Notes: generated by a model not told the origin, from the sequence alone. A DNA stretch of 62,982 bases, filler included, from Octopus bimaculoides (GCF_001194135.2; 8 parts of 7 records of this genome joined end to end with filler, not necessarily neighbours in it), one strand, 5' to 3'. Counted from the whole stretch's first letter, positions 1 to 13,230 are shown. Numbers and translations: made by a program.

Positions 1-492
1 ATATATATATATATATATATATAAACTCTATGGACAAAGCCGTTATCCCTAGTCTATATTCAATGTACAATAATTCTTGTTCTTTTGCATTCAAATATTT
101 TGGAATCACTCCACTTATTTCTTTGAATTCTTCCTCTTCTTCAGGCTCTGCCTTTATCTTAAACTCCACCAATTATCCTGTCCTTATGTTCAGGGTTGGT
201 AAAACAAGCACCAGTTCAGCATGGACTTGATGTAATCGACTTACTCTCTCCTCCGATCTTACTTGTCTTGTGCCAAAATTCGAAATCATTATTATTATTT
301 TACTGTCATTAGCACATTTATTTGTATACAAATATCCATATGCAAATGCACTCTCTCTCTCTTTCTTTCACTCTCTCTTTTTCTCTCTCTCCCTCTCACG
401 CACACACACACACATATATTTATGGCAAAATTTATCATACATATACCTATATGTTATGTATGTGTATATGCACACACACACACACACACACA

Positions 493-662
493 GACATATA
501 GTCGTGAAGTGCTTCCAAGCCACATGGTTCTGGATCCAGTTCCACTTTGTGGTACCTTGGGCAAGTGTCTTCTACTATAGCGTTCAGCCGAATAAAACTT
601 TGTGAGTGGATTTGGTAGATGGAAACTGAAAGAAACCCGTCGGATATGTATGTGTGTGTGTT

Positions 663-728
<66 letters not shown>

Positions 729-960
729 TTCATGCGCGTGCGTGCGTGTGTGTGTGTGTGTATTTGTGTGTCTGTGTTTGTCCCCCACTATCGCTTGACA
801 AACGATGTTGGTATGTTCTAAGCTGCTCGGCTTAAGAGAACGATAGAATGAGTACTAGACTTACAAAGAATAAGTCCTGGGGTTGATTTGTTCGACTAAA
901 GGCGGTGCTCCAGCATGGCCGCAGTCAAATGACTGAGACAAGTAAAAGAATAAAAGAATA
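493..960 (+). mobile_element. tRNA-derived SINE family A with internal (TG)n
   Basis: Head gtggtaccttgggcaagtgtcttctactatag and tail gtgctccagcatggccgcagtcaaatgactga..taaaagaata, repeated many times in the window. Confidence 0.85.
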
Positions 961-1859
961 ATAGTATAGCAAGAGAGAGAGAGAGACATTTGTGTATGTA
1001 GGTATGTATATGTATGTCTGTACATATTCATATATTATATAAATATATATTTTATTATTATATGTAAGCAGAATATCTTTTCTAGCTTAGCCACAAAGCT
1101 ACAGATTTGGAACGGACCGCTATTTCGATTATATGGACCCCAGTACTTGGCTGGCACTGCACCAAGCCTACTCCAGAAGTAAGAAAGTCAAAGTTGACCA
1201 TAGTAGGATTTGAACCAGAACCTACAACGTATACTGCAAACCAATAACATATACTCAAGGGATTTTGTCCGACTCTTCAACAATTCTACCAATCCACAGC
1301 CTCCAAAGTCTATGTGTGTGTGTGTCTATGACTATATCAATAAATATATACAGATACACACAACACAGATACACACATATACATATGTGTGTGTGCACGC
1401 GCGTGCGCGTGCGCTCGTATACTTGCACTCATACATCTAGTATGCACACTCACCCGCAAATCCCTCCAAAGACCAACCAGGCAGCAAGGCGCCACCAGCT
1501 TCCTATCCACACATGCAGTCCCACAAATTCTCTGTTTTAATACATCTGGTGTCACTGGAATGTCGATCTCACTTCTTACAACACCATGTGACCCGCCTTG
1601 ACGAATCGCAGCTCAGTTTCCGGTAGTCATCTTGGACTTGTTGCATTTCTGTATTCGGTTAACTGAGCCCGGCGAACTAGGTTTCTGTAAGAAGCCTACG
1701 AAGCTAAATCGCATTGGACAGAATCAAACTGTTTTAAATAATAATATATGTAACTTCTGATAAATGTGTTGAGTACCACTTTCTTCGTTTATCCACTCAA
1801 CCATACAAGTACTCCAGTCTCTGCTGAGCTCGATGCACAGATTTCTGATAAACAGTCTG

Positions 1860-3245
1860 CAATGGAGAGACAACCGTGGCCATACTTGTTGAAAATCATT
1901 CAGATATCACCAAGGAAACTTTATTTAACACAGTTCACAAAGAGGATTGAAAGCGTCATCGAGCATATGTGCTGGAAGGCCTTCTTCATGAATCCATCCA
2001 CTACCACATTCACAGACGTGTTCGGGTTTAAATCTCGAAAGTGCCTTCCCCAGACACAGGTCCTTGAGAGCTTCGAAGCTCACTTATGGGACATTGTAAA
2101 GAAGGTAAGGTTTCGGCATCGTTCTAACCCCTTCCTCAAATTTTTAGATGATTACATGGCAAAAATTAAGCAATCGTCTAATGTATATATATCCTCGCAG
2201 AAAAAAAAAAGTACATTTAAGAAACACATGCAAGACTCCACACACGCAAGACTCCTCACAAACACGATTACCAATACATACAAGAAAACTATCATCTCTA
2301 CACATAATGACATAAATGCAGAAGTGAAGGAGCTAGCCATCTTCCTTAATATAGAGGATCGTGTGGACCACCTCACCACGCGATTCCTCACCCCCTTCCT
2401 ATGACACACTTAAGGATCACAAACCGAATTTCCTCTCCAACTCTAAATGCAGGCTGTCCAATCCATCCAAAAGTCTGATAGGCATTGTCAGTAAGCGCAT
2501 ACTCGATATTATCAACTTAGATATTAGCAGGACCATAGGACTGATTCATAGGATTGATTCAATGGGATTCCAGCGCAGCTATGATCGTCTGGTTCCGCGG
2601 TGTCGAGAATAAATCAGCCAGCAGATTCACACAGTTTGACATTGTGGACTTCTACCCTTCTATATCGAAATCTCTTCTCCTGAAGGCCCTGGATTTTGCT
2701 AGGCAATTCACTAGTATAAGCGACCTCGATGTCTGCCTTTTATAGGGACGACAGCCTGGCAATCTCAAACCATATAAACGGCCACACCATGGACAAGTTT
2801 AGGAAGGACCCGATAAAAATATTCGAAGAATTAGGTCTGTCCATAACAGTTACCACCAACTTGACCACAGTCGATTCTTAGATGTGACCCTAGATCTGAA
2901 AACTGGCAAGTACTACTCTTACAAGAACTCCAACGTGGAAACTGTGTACGTCCACAGAAGCTCGAATCACCCACTCGCACTAATTAGAAACCTGGTTTCA
3001 GGCGTTAGCAGAAGAATATCTAAGCTACCAACCGATAGGGAGATCTTCAACAGGGACGCCTCCACGACAATGACGCAGTAGCGAGAGATGGATTTCCCAA
3101 GGTTTAGCATATATGAATGACTTTAACCGTCAATCCTGCTCGAAGAGGGCCAGAAAGAGAGAGCTAATCTGGTTCAACCAAGAAGTTTCTAGCAACGTAA
3201 CTGGGACCTTCCATTCGTTGATTAAGAAGCTTTTCCTCATACGCG
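1860..3245 (+). mobile_element. Penelope-like retroelement RT relic (frameshifted)
   Basis: [33 protein letters not shown]...[26 protein letters not shown] (2741-2758), DVTLDLKTGKY..YVHRSSNHP across broken frames. Confidence 0.85.
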
Positions 3246-3329
3246 AAAGATGATCTGGCCATCTAAACTGTATTTTGATTAGGATAGATTCAATACCTGA
3301 TATACTGCATTTTGTTAGTACCTTACTGT

Positions 3330-3812
3330 TATGAATATGGTCTCTCAGTTTTATGTTGGAGATATGAAAAGCGCCTTGCGCTTCAAAGACAACTAAAAAA
3401 ACAATCTGAAGCGATGCTACATTCCCTTTTCTTTCTGGGAAAACAAAGCATCAGAATGCAGAATGTAGAGCCAGTCCTGCTTCTCATCAGTTCAAAGATT
3501 TGAGCAAACTGGACTCCAACATCGGGACCAACTTCATACAAGCGTGAAGGCATGCTCCTCTAAATGGAAACCTTACCTGTCATTGTTGTTTTGTAGCACG
3601 GAGCAAAGCAGGTCTTGCCGTCCACTCAAGAAAACACATAATAAATTATCCACAAGCACTCAAGTAAACTGAGTCCTCAACTTGTTCCATTCGCCAAACA
3701 GTTTGCAAAGCACCAGCAGGCCTCAAGAGACACATTCGTGTCTATAGAACAGGATTAACGCTTTATTTTACTGAACCTTCATTTGTCGTTCACAAGAGTA
3801 TCCATCATCATA
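3330..3812 (+). mobile_element. RTE-clade LINE 3' end with two C2H2-like zinc fingers
   Basis: RFKDN*KNNLKRCYIP..WENKAS..FEQTGLQHRD; CHCCFVARSKAGLAVHSRKH; CSIRQTVCKAPAGLKRHIR; ends in short (CAT)n. Confidence 0.7.
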
Positions 3813-3825
3813 TATATTTATATAC

Positions 3826-3861
<36 letters not shown>

Positions 3862-3870
3862 CCAAATACA

Positions 3871-3901
<31 letters not shown>

Positions 3902-4001
3902 GTATGGACACACACACAATTGTAGTCTCATTATATATGCAATTTCATTGTTTTAATATACCTTAGCCATTACGTCCAAAACCAGTGTTGCACCACTTTC
4001 A

Positions 4002-4312
4002 TTGTTTCTTGTTTGTTCCTTCTCGAGCCATACAAGGCTCATAAAGGCCGGTTTCCCGGTTTCATTGGCGTATAGGTTCCCCACCTGGACGGGACGCCGG
4101 TCCGTCGCAAGTGAGTTGCTGGATGTAGGAGGAAAGAATGAAAGAAAGTTATGGCGAAAGAGTCAGCAGAAGTTCGCCATTATCTTCTGTCAGTACCGCG
4201 TGGAGCTTAGGTGTTTCGCTCATAAACACACACATCGCCCGGTCTGAGTTTCGAACCCGCGATCCCTCGACCGCGAGTCCGCTGCTCTAATCACTTGGCA
4301 ATGTGCTTCCAC
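4002..4312 (-). mobile_element. tRNA-derived SINE family C, alternative-tail variant
   Basis: Head homologous to 60411 (gatcgcgggttcgaaac B-box-like); tail gaaaccgggaaaccggcc shared with the 33710 and 57455 copies. Confidence 0.75.
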
Positions 4313-4782
4313 ACACTACCTTCATTATGCACAAAATAAATATATATACACATTCATCCTTGCCATTCATATTGGCCATATTCTGTAATAATACTAAATA
4401 CCATTTTTAATACCACCACTACTGATGCAAAACCAGGCAGTGGTTCTCATGGCTTCTCATCTCAACTGATTGGAAATGTTATCATGTACATATTTTGTCT
4501 TGGTGCCAAAGAGATTTACTTGAGCATGTCCCTTAGTGGCTGGCAATATGTGCATTTCTGATCGCGAGCAAGAGTAGTCGAAAGCATCATAGCCAGGTGC
4601 TGAGAAGGGTTCTTTGGGGCTTGAATAATTCACTCCTGGAAACGTGGATGTTTCGTTCATCATCCCCAAACAACTCTTATTTAGGGACTTTTAAGCGGGT
4701 TGGGCTACTCAAGCTGAAGAAAGTTCTAACTGGGCTCCATCTGCAAGATCAATGTTTTATGTTTAGACTACGGTCAGGCTAG

Positions 4783-5075
4783 GTCACCACCTTGAAGAAT
4801 TTTAATCGAACGAATGAGCCCAGTACTTATGTTTTTTAATGCAGATACTTTCTATCGATCTCGTTTACCAAAACCGCTACGGGGACGTAAGCATACCAAC
4901 ACCGGTTGTCAAGCGGAGGTGAGGGAGAAACACAGGCATAAACACTAACACGCGTACACACATGCGACAAGCTTCTTTCAGTCTATCAAACCCACTCACA
5001 AGGCTTTGGTCGGCCCAAATGCATCGCAGTGAGACTTGACCCGGAACTATGTGGTTGGCAAGCAAGCTTCTTACC
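4783..5075 (-). mobile_element. SINE family A copy
   Basis: Reverse complement of family A body (cccactcacaaggctttggtc, accggttgtcaagcg). Confidence 0.75.
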
Positions 5076-5120
5076 ACAGTCATGACACATACACGTACAC
5101 TAATGTACATACATACATGC

Positions 5121-5151
<31 letters not shown>

Positions 5152-5185
5152 CATACATACATACATACATGCATGCATACATACA

Positions 5186-5537
5186 TTCTTTACTTGTTTC
5201 AGTCATTTCACTGCGACCATGCTGGAGACCCCCTTAAAAGGTTTTATAGTCGAAGAAATCGACCCCTCGACTTATTTTTTGTAAGCCTAGTACTTTCTTT
5301 GTCGTTTTTTTTTTGCCGAACCGTTCAGTTACAGGGACGTAAACACACCAACATCGGTTGGAGAGACAAACGCAGACGGAAAAACACATATGCATAAATA
5401 TCTTCTGTCTACCAAACCCACTCACAAGGCTTTGGTCGACGTAGAAAACAATTGCCCAAAGTGTCACCAGTAGTACTGAACCCGGAACCATGTCGTTGGG
5501 AAGCAAGTTTCTTACCACACTGCCTCGCCTGCGCCTA
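5186..5537 (-). mobile_element. SINE family A copy
   Basis: ttcttttacttgtttcagtcatt..catgctggag..cttaccacac reverse match. Confidence 0.8.
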
Positions 5538-5828
5538 TAAATACACATGTATATATGTGTGGAGGAGGGGTGTAATATAATATATTATATATATACATAC
5601 GTTTATGAATTTGTGTTGCAAGATTCCGTATAGATATATATATAGCAATGAGAAAATGGAGGGGAATATGTGGTATTTATTCATCAGCTTGCAGGCATTG
5701 TATTATGTCAATTTACCTAATTTACCTAATTTAACTAAGAGGACAATAAAAACAATATACAAACACATGTGACATATTATGTCATATCAGTAATTAAAAG
5801 GACATCTAGTGACCGAAGATGGGATAAT

Positions 5829-5871
5829 GTCTTACAGCTGTTTCAGCCTAGTGGTGACATGCCTCATTCTC
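5829..5871 (-). ncRNA. Degenerate hammerhead-like motif of Penelope-LTR type
   Basis: Minus strand ...AAUGA GGC..GCU GAAA CAGCUG UA; palindromic helix III (ACAGCUGU); 5' core and helix I degenerate. Confidence 0.3.
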
Positions 5872-5997
5872 GCACCCATTTATTGCCCTTGGTAAAAACA
5901 CTAGTGTAATAATAATTGGGTATCCTTAAGGCAGTATATTGGATAGATATTATTCCTTAGTGGGTTGGATTCACAACCCCTAACTTTCTTGGATTAC

Positions 5998-6045
<48 letters not shown>

Positions 6046-6219
6046 ATATACATGCATATACGTATACATATGCATATATATATATACATATATATACATG
6101 CATATATATATATATATAGNNNNNNNNNNNNNNNNNNNNNNNNNNNNNNNNNNNNNNNNNNNNTTAATTAATTAANNNNNNNNNNNNNNNNNNNNNNNNN
6201 NNNNNNNNNNNNNNNNNNN

Positions 6220-6274
<55 letters not shown>

Positions 6275-6961
6275 GTGTGTGTGTGTATGAGTATATATAT
6301 ATAAATATATACATGCATACATACAAGCATATATACATATGTATGCATACACACATGCGTACAGACATACATGTAAATACACCTAAAAGAGAACAAATAC
6401 TCATAGTAACAAAGTTGTTGTTTTAGAAATTTCTATACAACACTACCTTATAAAGTATAGAATTATTTTCCTGATAAGAATTATTTTTGGAAAAGAGCGC
6501 ATTCTATGAAAATATACCTTCCTAACCTACTAACATACTTGGGAATATCGGATCACCCATGTATCTACGAATTTCGAAGTTTTTGTATTTCTTATAGTAA
6601 ATGGTCTTGTAACTCAGTTCGATTACTTCCTACTGAAGATTCTAGATGAGACCGTTTTCGGAAGGGGTGTCCAGGATACTTTTGTGTGTTTGCATTCTAA
6701 AGAATTACGCACAAATACACACGCACGCAACATCACTCACTCACACATACACACATATAATAAATGTAAAGGTATCTATAATATATGAGTACTTGTGTGT
6801 GTATGTGTGTGTATGTGTGTGTATGTACACAGATACATATATATTTAGATGCATATATTACACAACCACTCAAAGACATAAATATACATATACATACACA
6901 CACACACACATATATATATATTTATATATATATGTATATATATACATGTATATATATATAT

Positions 6962-6998
<37 letters not shown>

Positions 6999-7232
6999 NN
7001 NNNNNNNNNNNNNNNNNNNNNNNNNNNNNNNNNNNNNNNNNNNNNNNNNNNNNNNNNNNNNNNNNNNNNNNNNNNNNNNNNNNNNNNNNNNNNNNNNNNN
7101 NNNNNNNNNNNNNNNNNNNNNNNNNNNNNNNNNNNNNNNNNNNNNNNNNNNNNNNNNNNNNNNNNNNNNNNNNNNNNNNNNNNNNNNNNNNNNNNNNNNN
7201 NNNNNNNNNNNNNNNNNNNNNNNNNNNNNNNN

Positions 7233-7276
<44 letters not shown>

Positions 7277-8349
7277 TTGTGTGCGTGTGTGGTTGTGTGT
7301 ATGTATGTATGTATGTATGTATGTATGTATGTATGAAAATTTACCAAATTATTTTTAATCCTAAATCGTCCATCTTTTGTCTTGTTCTATTTTGCTCTTC
7401 TGTCTATTTTTCAATAGTCTGCCGCGGATAAATCCCACCTCCCACCTCTCCTCTCTTTACATTTCCTCCTTCATCCAATCAATAAGTGATTTTTGTTCTA
7501 TGTGGACTTTTTAAATGTATGCCTTTCATCAATAAGTGATATTTATTTGCTGGCATTTTCCCTTTTTTTTTTTTAATCATTTGTTCAGCTTGAAAACACT
7601 CAATTTTTAAATTTTTATATTTTATTACGTTGCACCTTATCCTTAGTATTGAACATATTCAATCATGGCCGAACGTCGGTGTCTCTACCTGGTCACTGGA
7701 TTCGCTAGAAATAACGACTGGAAATGTCACTAAAATCATATCGTACCATTTTGGTTTTTTTGTTTGTTGTTTTTGTTGTTTTTTTTATTTTTGTTGTTGT
7801 TTAATGAGGTATCTCCAAAAATAGATAGAATGGTTACGATTAGGTGATTATTTAGCAACAGTAACAGCAGCAATAACAACGACAAATATATGGCGCATCC
7901 ATCGAGCTAAAATCTAGGTGTCACAATTTTTAACAGGTTTGTTTGCATGATTTATTAATTGTTTGCTTACTACTAAAGTTTCTGCCTTGGCGTCTGGTAA
8001 GACTATCGACTGTAGTACATCTAATTTGTTTAATCAATTGTGACTGGACGCAATGAAATACGTTCTATTTCGTTTTTCGTTTTCTTTCGTTTTATTTTGT
8101 TTAGCTTTTGTTCTTTTCGAAACTTTACTTTATTAGTAAGTTGGCACACCATCTTTTCTCAACAATTTATTTGTTGATTGAGTTACTGGTTATAGTAAAC
8201 AGAAAAATTGGTTAAATGGTTAAACGAAAAACGAAAGGCTATAGAAATCTGTTCACACATATTAAACAAAGTAAGAACAGGATTTCTTTCAGATATCTTT
8301 ATTAGCTTTATTTTGGTTAATAGTGTGAAACATTCGAATACGGATAACA

Positions 8350-8470
8350 TGTCTTTTATCTTTTATTTGTTTTAGTCATTGGACTTCGACACTTTGGGGT
8401 ATGACTTTGAAGGGTGGATCTGAAAGATCGACCCGGGTCCATTTATTAAAGTCTGGTACTTATTCTATCG
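8350..8470 (-). mobile_element. SINE family A 3' fragment
   Basis: ttttatttgttttagtcattg..ctggtacttattctatcgg. Confidence 0.6.
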
Positions 8471-8826
8471 GAGAGGGACCAACACAAATACGAAGATACA
8501 CGCACCTCCATCTATCAAATTTAGTCAGGAGGCATTGGTTGGCCGGGGTTATAGTAGAAGAGAGTTGCCGAAGGTGCTTTGCAGTGTGTCTGAATCTAAA
8601 ACTTCATCGTTACAAAGCAAACCTCTTAACCACACACCTGCACTTACATATAATACTAGTACAAAGCATCTTCATATGTGCGTATATAGTATTTAGTAGT
8701 ACAAAATATATCCACAAGTGTAGTTATAATAGTCAGTAGTACAAAAGGTATTGGAATACTGACCGTATAATAGTAAACTTATAACTAATCATATTAAATT
8801 TAGCAGTACAAAATATATTGAAATAA

Positions 8827-9125
8827 GCAAAAATGCTAGTTCTAAAATCTCTCTAAGAGATCAACGCAGTAGTTGTACTGACAAGTAATATTCGTAACCA
8901 CTTTAACATGGCTGTCTGTTCAAACGGACTCTACTGCGATTTTTTAACTCCAAGGGGCATCTCCTCTAGATGATTAATGATAAAGAGCTGTATCCGACAG
9001 ATTGCCAACAAGGGAGCGAATTCCTACCACCTTCTAGCAGCCATGTTGAAGTGGCTATGAATATTACTTGTCAGTACAACTACTGCGTTGGTCTTTTAGA
9101 GAGATTTTAGAACTAGCATTTTTGC
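8827..9125. mobile_element. Foldback/MITE-like element with 88-bp inverted arms
   Basis: 8827-8914 is a near-perfect reverse complement of 9038-9125. Confidence 0.8.
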
Positions 9126-9244
9126 CAGTTGCAAAATTGGCGACTATGTGTTCGCCTGACATATATATATTGCGAGCAGAGGCGAGCTATTGCTATCTCT
9201 AGCAGACGAGGTCTCCAGTACCGAAGAGTGACAGAAATGGCCCG

Positions 9245-9425
9245 AAACTAGAACTGGTCTGCTGGTCCCGTCGCTAGAAGGTGGTAGGGGTTTGTTTCCC
9301 TGCTCGCAATTTATCGGATGCAGCTCTGCACCGTTAACCAGCTAGAAGGGATGTACTGTTGGGGTTTAAAAAATCGCAGTAGAGTCCGTTCGAACGGAGA
9401 GCCATGTTGAAGTGGCTACGAATAT
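9245..9425 (-). mobile_element. Partial inverted copy of the same foldback family
   Basis: ctagaaggtggtagg..aaaaaatcgcagtagagtccgttcgaac..agccatgttgaagtggct is the reverse complement of about 8890-9040. Confidence 0.7.
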
Positions 9426-9435
9426 ATATTGAAAT

Positions 9436-9616
9436 ATGGACGAGATATGTTTTCGTCTGTCTTTACGTTCTGAGTTCAAATTCCGCCGAGGTCGACTTTA
9501 CCTTTCATCGTTTTGGGTCGATAAATTAAGTAACAGTTGCGCACTGGGATTGATCTAATCTACTGGCCCCCTCCCCAAAAATTTCGGGCTTTGTGCATGA
9601 AGTAGAAAAGAATATT
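9436..9616 (+). mobile_element. tRNA-derived SINE family B (5' truncated)
   Basis: ttcgtctgtctttacgttctgagttcaaattccgccgaggtcgac..agtagaaaagaatatt. Confidence 0.85.
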
Positions 9617-10054
9617 GACCAGATATGCAGTCCTAATAGTTAGTAGCACAAAATGCATTCAAATACTGACCACTGGCGCAGATAAAGTAGTTGTGGTGGT
9701 GGTGNNNNNNNNNNNNNNNNNNNNNNNNNNNNNNNNNNNNNNNNNNNNNNNNNNNNNNNNNNNNNNNNNNNNNNNNNNNNNNNNNNNNNNNNNNNNNNNN
9801 NNNNNNNNNNNNNNNNNNNNNNNNNNNNNNNNNNNNNNNNNNNNNNNNNNNNNNNNNNNNNNNNNNNNNNNNNNNNNNNNNNNNNNNNNNNNNNNNNNNN
9901 NNNNNNNNNNNNNNNNNNNNNNNNNNNNNNNNNNNNNNNNNNNNNNNNNNNNNNNNNNNNNNNNNNNNNNNNNNNNNNNNNNNNNNNNNNNNNNNNNNAG
10001 AATTAATACTGTGGAAACATCTCTAACGAATGTGCCATTGAGTGCCTTCAATAA

Positions 10055-10390
10055 ATATTAGTAGTATAAACTATTTTCAAACACTGACCAAACTTCGGCA
10101 TTAGAGAGGATTTTAATGCACGAACTGGTCGATACCGTCAGCTTCCAAATATGTCACCTTCGAAAGCACGAGCATAAACGCTCTGTTGTACCAGTCTGAT
10201 TGTTAGAGGTCACCAGTTGTTTAACTGCCCACCTAATGAAATCAAAACTATAAAAGGGACATCTGAAACATAAAAAGAAAAAAACGCTGGATAAACTCCT
10301 GGCAACGCTACCGGACCAGCCACCTACCATACATACACTCAGAGTAGATGAGATGCTACAAACTAAATCATAGGCCAAATTCTAGCCATA
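10055..10390 (+). mobile_element. CR1/L2-group LINE 3' fragment
   Basis: NARTGR...SLIVRGHQLFNCPPNEIK...LDKLLATLPDQP matches the typical CR1 C-terminal R-G-x-x-L-F-N-x-L-P...LDK.L..VPDQP. Confidence 0.65.
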
Positions 10391-10560
10391 AATCGACAAC
10401 AAAACAAAGAAAATAAATTAAGGCAGTGCTCCAGCATGACCGCAGTCTTGAAACTGCTAAAGAAAATAAGAGAATGCAAACTTCATTTAAATACTGCCAC
10501 ATATTATTGTAGGTGTAATAGATATCATACTTATTATAATAAATATATATAAACTAATTG

Positions 10561-10930
10561 AAAAGTAACGATTGTTACCACTTCAACGTGGTTGTTCCGT
10601 ACAGAACACTTTTACTAACTCTTTTTAACCCCAGGAGGCCATCTCATCCAGCTGGTTAACGACACACTATCTGTGTCCGTTATATTTCAAACAAGTGAGT
10701 GAACAGCTCCCATCGAGCATTGGCAGCAACCAATAGACCAGCTGGTTTCTGGGTATTACCCTTTCTCGGTACTGGCTATACCTGTCTGCTAAAGCGAAAC
10801 GTTTGCAATATAACGGACACAGTCAGTGTGTCGTTAACGAACTGGAGGGGGTATGCTGCTGGAGTTAAAAAGAGGAGGAACAGTGTTCTATACGGAACAA
10901 TCATATTGAAGTGGTAACAACTATTACTTT
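10561..10930. mobile_element. Foldback/MITE family member with ~125-bp imperfect inverted arms
   Basis: ttaccacttcaacgtggttgttccgtacagaacact versus agtgttctatacggaacaatcatattgaagtggtaa; inner arms gttaacgacacac..tgtgtccgttatatt versus aatataacggacaca..gtgtgtcgttaac. Confidence 0.75.
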
Positions 10931-11127
10931 TTAGTAGACTTACTACTAGCATCTCGTATAGAGATTTTAGAACGAGCTACATGGCTGGATATATATTAAT
11001 TGTTAAAATTGATATATTTAATGTAGACATAATAGTTGTTATAATAAATATGATAGCTGTTATAAGAGATATATAGGAGATTTTATAAAAGATATACTAG
11101 TTGTTATAAAAGATATAATAATTTTCA

Positions 11128-11284
11128 ACAGGCGTGGTTGTGGGGAAAGTATGCTTACCAAACATGTGGTTCCGGGTTTAACCCCTCTGCATGATACATT
11201 GGGCAAGTATCTTCTACTTCAGCCTCGAGCCGACCAAAGCCTTCTGAGTGGATTTGTAGACGAAAACTGAAAAAAAATGTCTGT

Positions 11285-11317
<33 letters not shown>

Positions 11318-11485
11318 TTGTGTGTGTACAGCCACCCTCTTGGCAACTCTTGGAGACCGATAGAATAATTACTAAGCTTTAAAAATAAATTAAGTACTGG
11401 AGCCGATTCCTTCGACTAAAATTGTTCAAGGCAGTGCCCCAGGGTGGCTACTCTCTAATGACTGAAACCAGTAAAAGAGAAAAGG
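11128..11485 (+). mobile_element. SINE family A copy
   Basis: caggcgtggttgtgg head through aatgactgaaaccagtaaaag tail. Confidence 0.8.
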
Positions 11486-12462
11486 TACATTCAAATTCTG
11501 ACAACATATATAGTTATAGTAGCACTTTTTTTATATCATAGTGCTATGCTAGTGGTACGCTAAAGCTTAGAAAGATTGGGGTATTTAGAGTAGAGAGTAC
11601 CAGTAGAGTATCAATAGAGCCCTTTTCTATTAGTACAGCATAACTGCCGTTGATTCTATACGAATTGCCGTTCTTCTCAGTTGGTTCCCTGATACCTTAC
11701 TCTGAATGAATAATGCCACTATTTCATACTTTAAGCTAATCCTCACTCTATCAAGATGACACACAGTGAAAGCGAACCCAGAACTACGTAACTGCTAAGC
11801 AAACTTCGTAACCACACAATGTATGACATTCCATAATTTCAAATAAATTTCATTGAATTATTCATAAGATTATCCCCCCAATCTTTTACATCAAACTTCT
11901 TTCATATTTCGACTTGGCACACCATTTTATTTAAAATTTTATTTGCTCCTTCTTCTACATACGATTTCTATCAGTTTATCGTAGTTTTATTCAATAATTC
12001 GTTTACATAAAACTTCTTTCAGTTACTCATTTTATCCACTTGTTCTACACAAAACTTCCTTTTATTTCCTCAAATTTATATATACTCAGTGTTCCACATA
12101 AAGCTCTCTCCATCCTTCTTTTCTTTATAGTCGAACATTCCTGTTCTTTTACATAAATTTTCCCTTCATTTTATCATACTTTTATCATATACTATTTTAT
12201 CATATTCTCACCAATCTTTGGCATAAATCTTTCTTGATTATTCATTTCTTTATAGTTATACACAATCATTTCCGTTCTTGAATTTTCATCCATTTTTATC
12301 TCCAACTTTTTTTTCTTTTTTTTTTTTGGTATCATTTCTCACCAAGCTTTAAAATAAAGCTTTCTACATTCCAAATACATTCATATTTATATTCTTGCAT
12401 GTTCTAACTTAAATCGTCATCCATTTCATCCTACTTTTATCCTCTCAATCTTTCGAATAAAT

Positions 12463-12464
<2 letters not shown>

Positions 12465-12517
<53 letters not shown>

Positions 12518-12550
12518 CACCACCACCACCACTACTACTACTACTCCTTC

Positions 12551-12633
<83 letters not shown>
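12465..12633. repeat. Compound trinucleotide microsatellite (CTA)n(CCA)n(TAA)n
   Basis: Directly visible. Confidence 0.95.
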
Positions 12634-12849
12634 NNNNNNNNNNNNNNNNNNNNNNNNNNNNNNNNNNNNNNNNNNNNTTAATTAATTAANNNNNNNNNNN
12701 NNNNNNNNNNNNNNNNNNNNNNNNNNNNNNNNNATATATTTAGGCCACCACGAAGTATGTATACACACATGCATATATGATGTTCTAGTTTATGACAAGC
12801 TGTCCATGCTTGTGCCTCCCTGATCTTGATGGGCAGCTTGTTACAAACT

Positions 12850-13230
12850 AAAGAAGGTTTGGAACTCCAAATTGCCCAAGCAATATCAAAATCAAGTTGT
12901 TCATTGCAACTGTTGAATCAGTGCTATTGTATGTCATTGAAACATCGACACTGACAAAGAAACTATCAAACGGGCTAAATAGGTGCTACCACAAGGATGC
13001 TTCGAATGGTCACTGCGTGCGCTATCCCGAACTGGAAGCACCCAAATTACTCTTGTGGAACCCACTTCATGGTGATGTAAGAAGTGGAAAACGCCGTCAC
13101 ACTTACATCGATTTGATTGCAGACACTGGTCTGGAATGTATTCAGGGCCTGGAAGATGGACTGAGATGAGTGGCGGGTGGATTTCGTTGCAACGGCCCGG
13201 GTTGGAATCCGATCATGATAATAAATAATA
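12850..13230 (+). mobile_element. RTE-like LINE C-terminal fragment (internally deleted)
   Basis: FIATVESVLLY..ET.TLTKKL...GHCVRYPELEA.KLLLWNPLHG...G.R..TYID. Confidence 0.7.

Noticed and set aside
6164-6175. TTAATTAATTAA islands between N runs (also near 12678, 16188, 32483, 43724, 52295, 55716)
   Set aside because: Identical 12-mer with stops in all six frames, always embedded in N runs: a scaffolding linker, not biology
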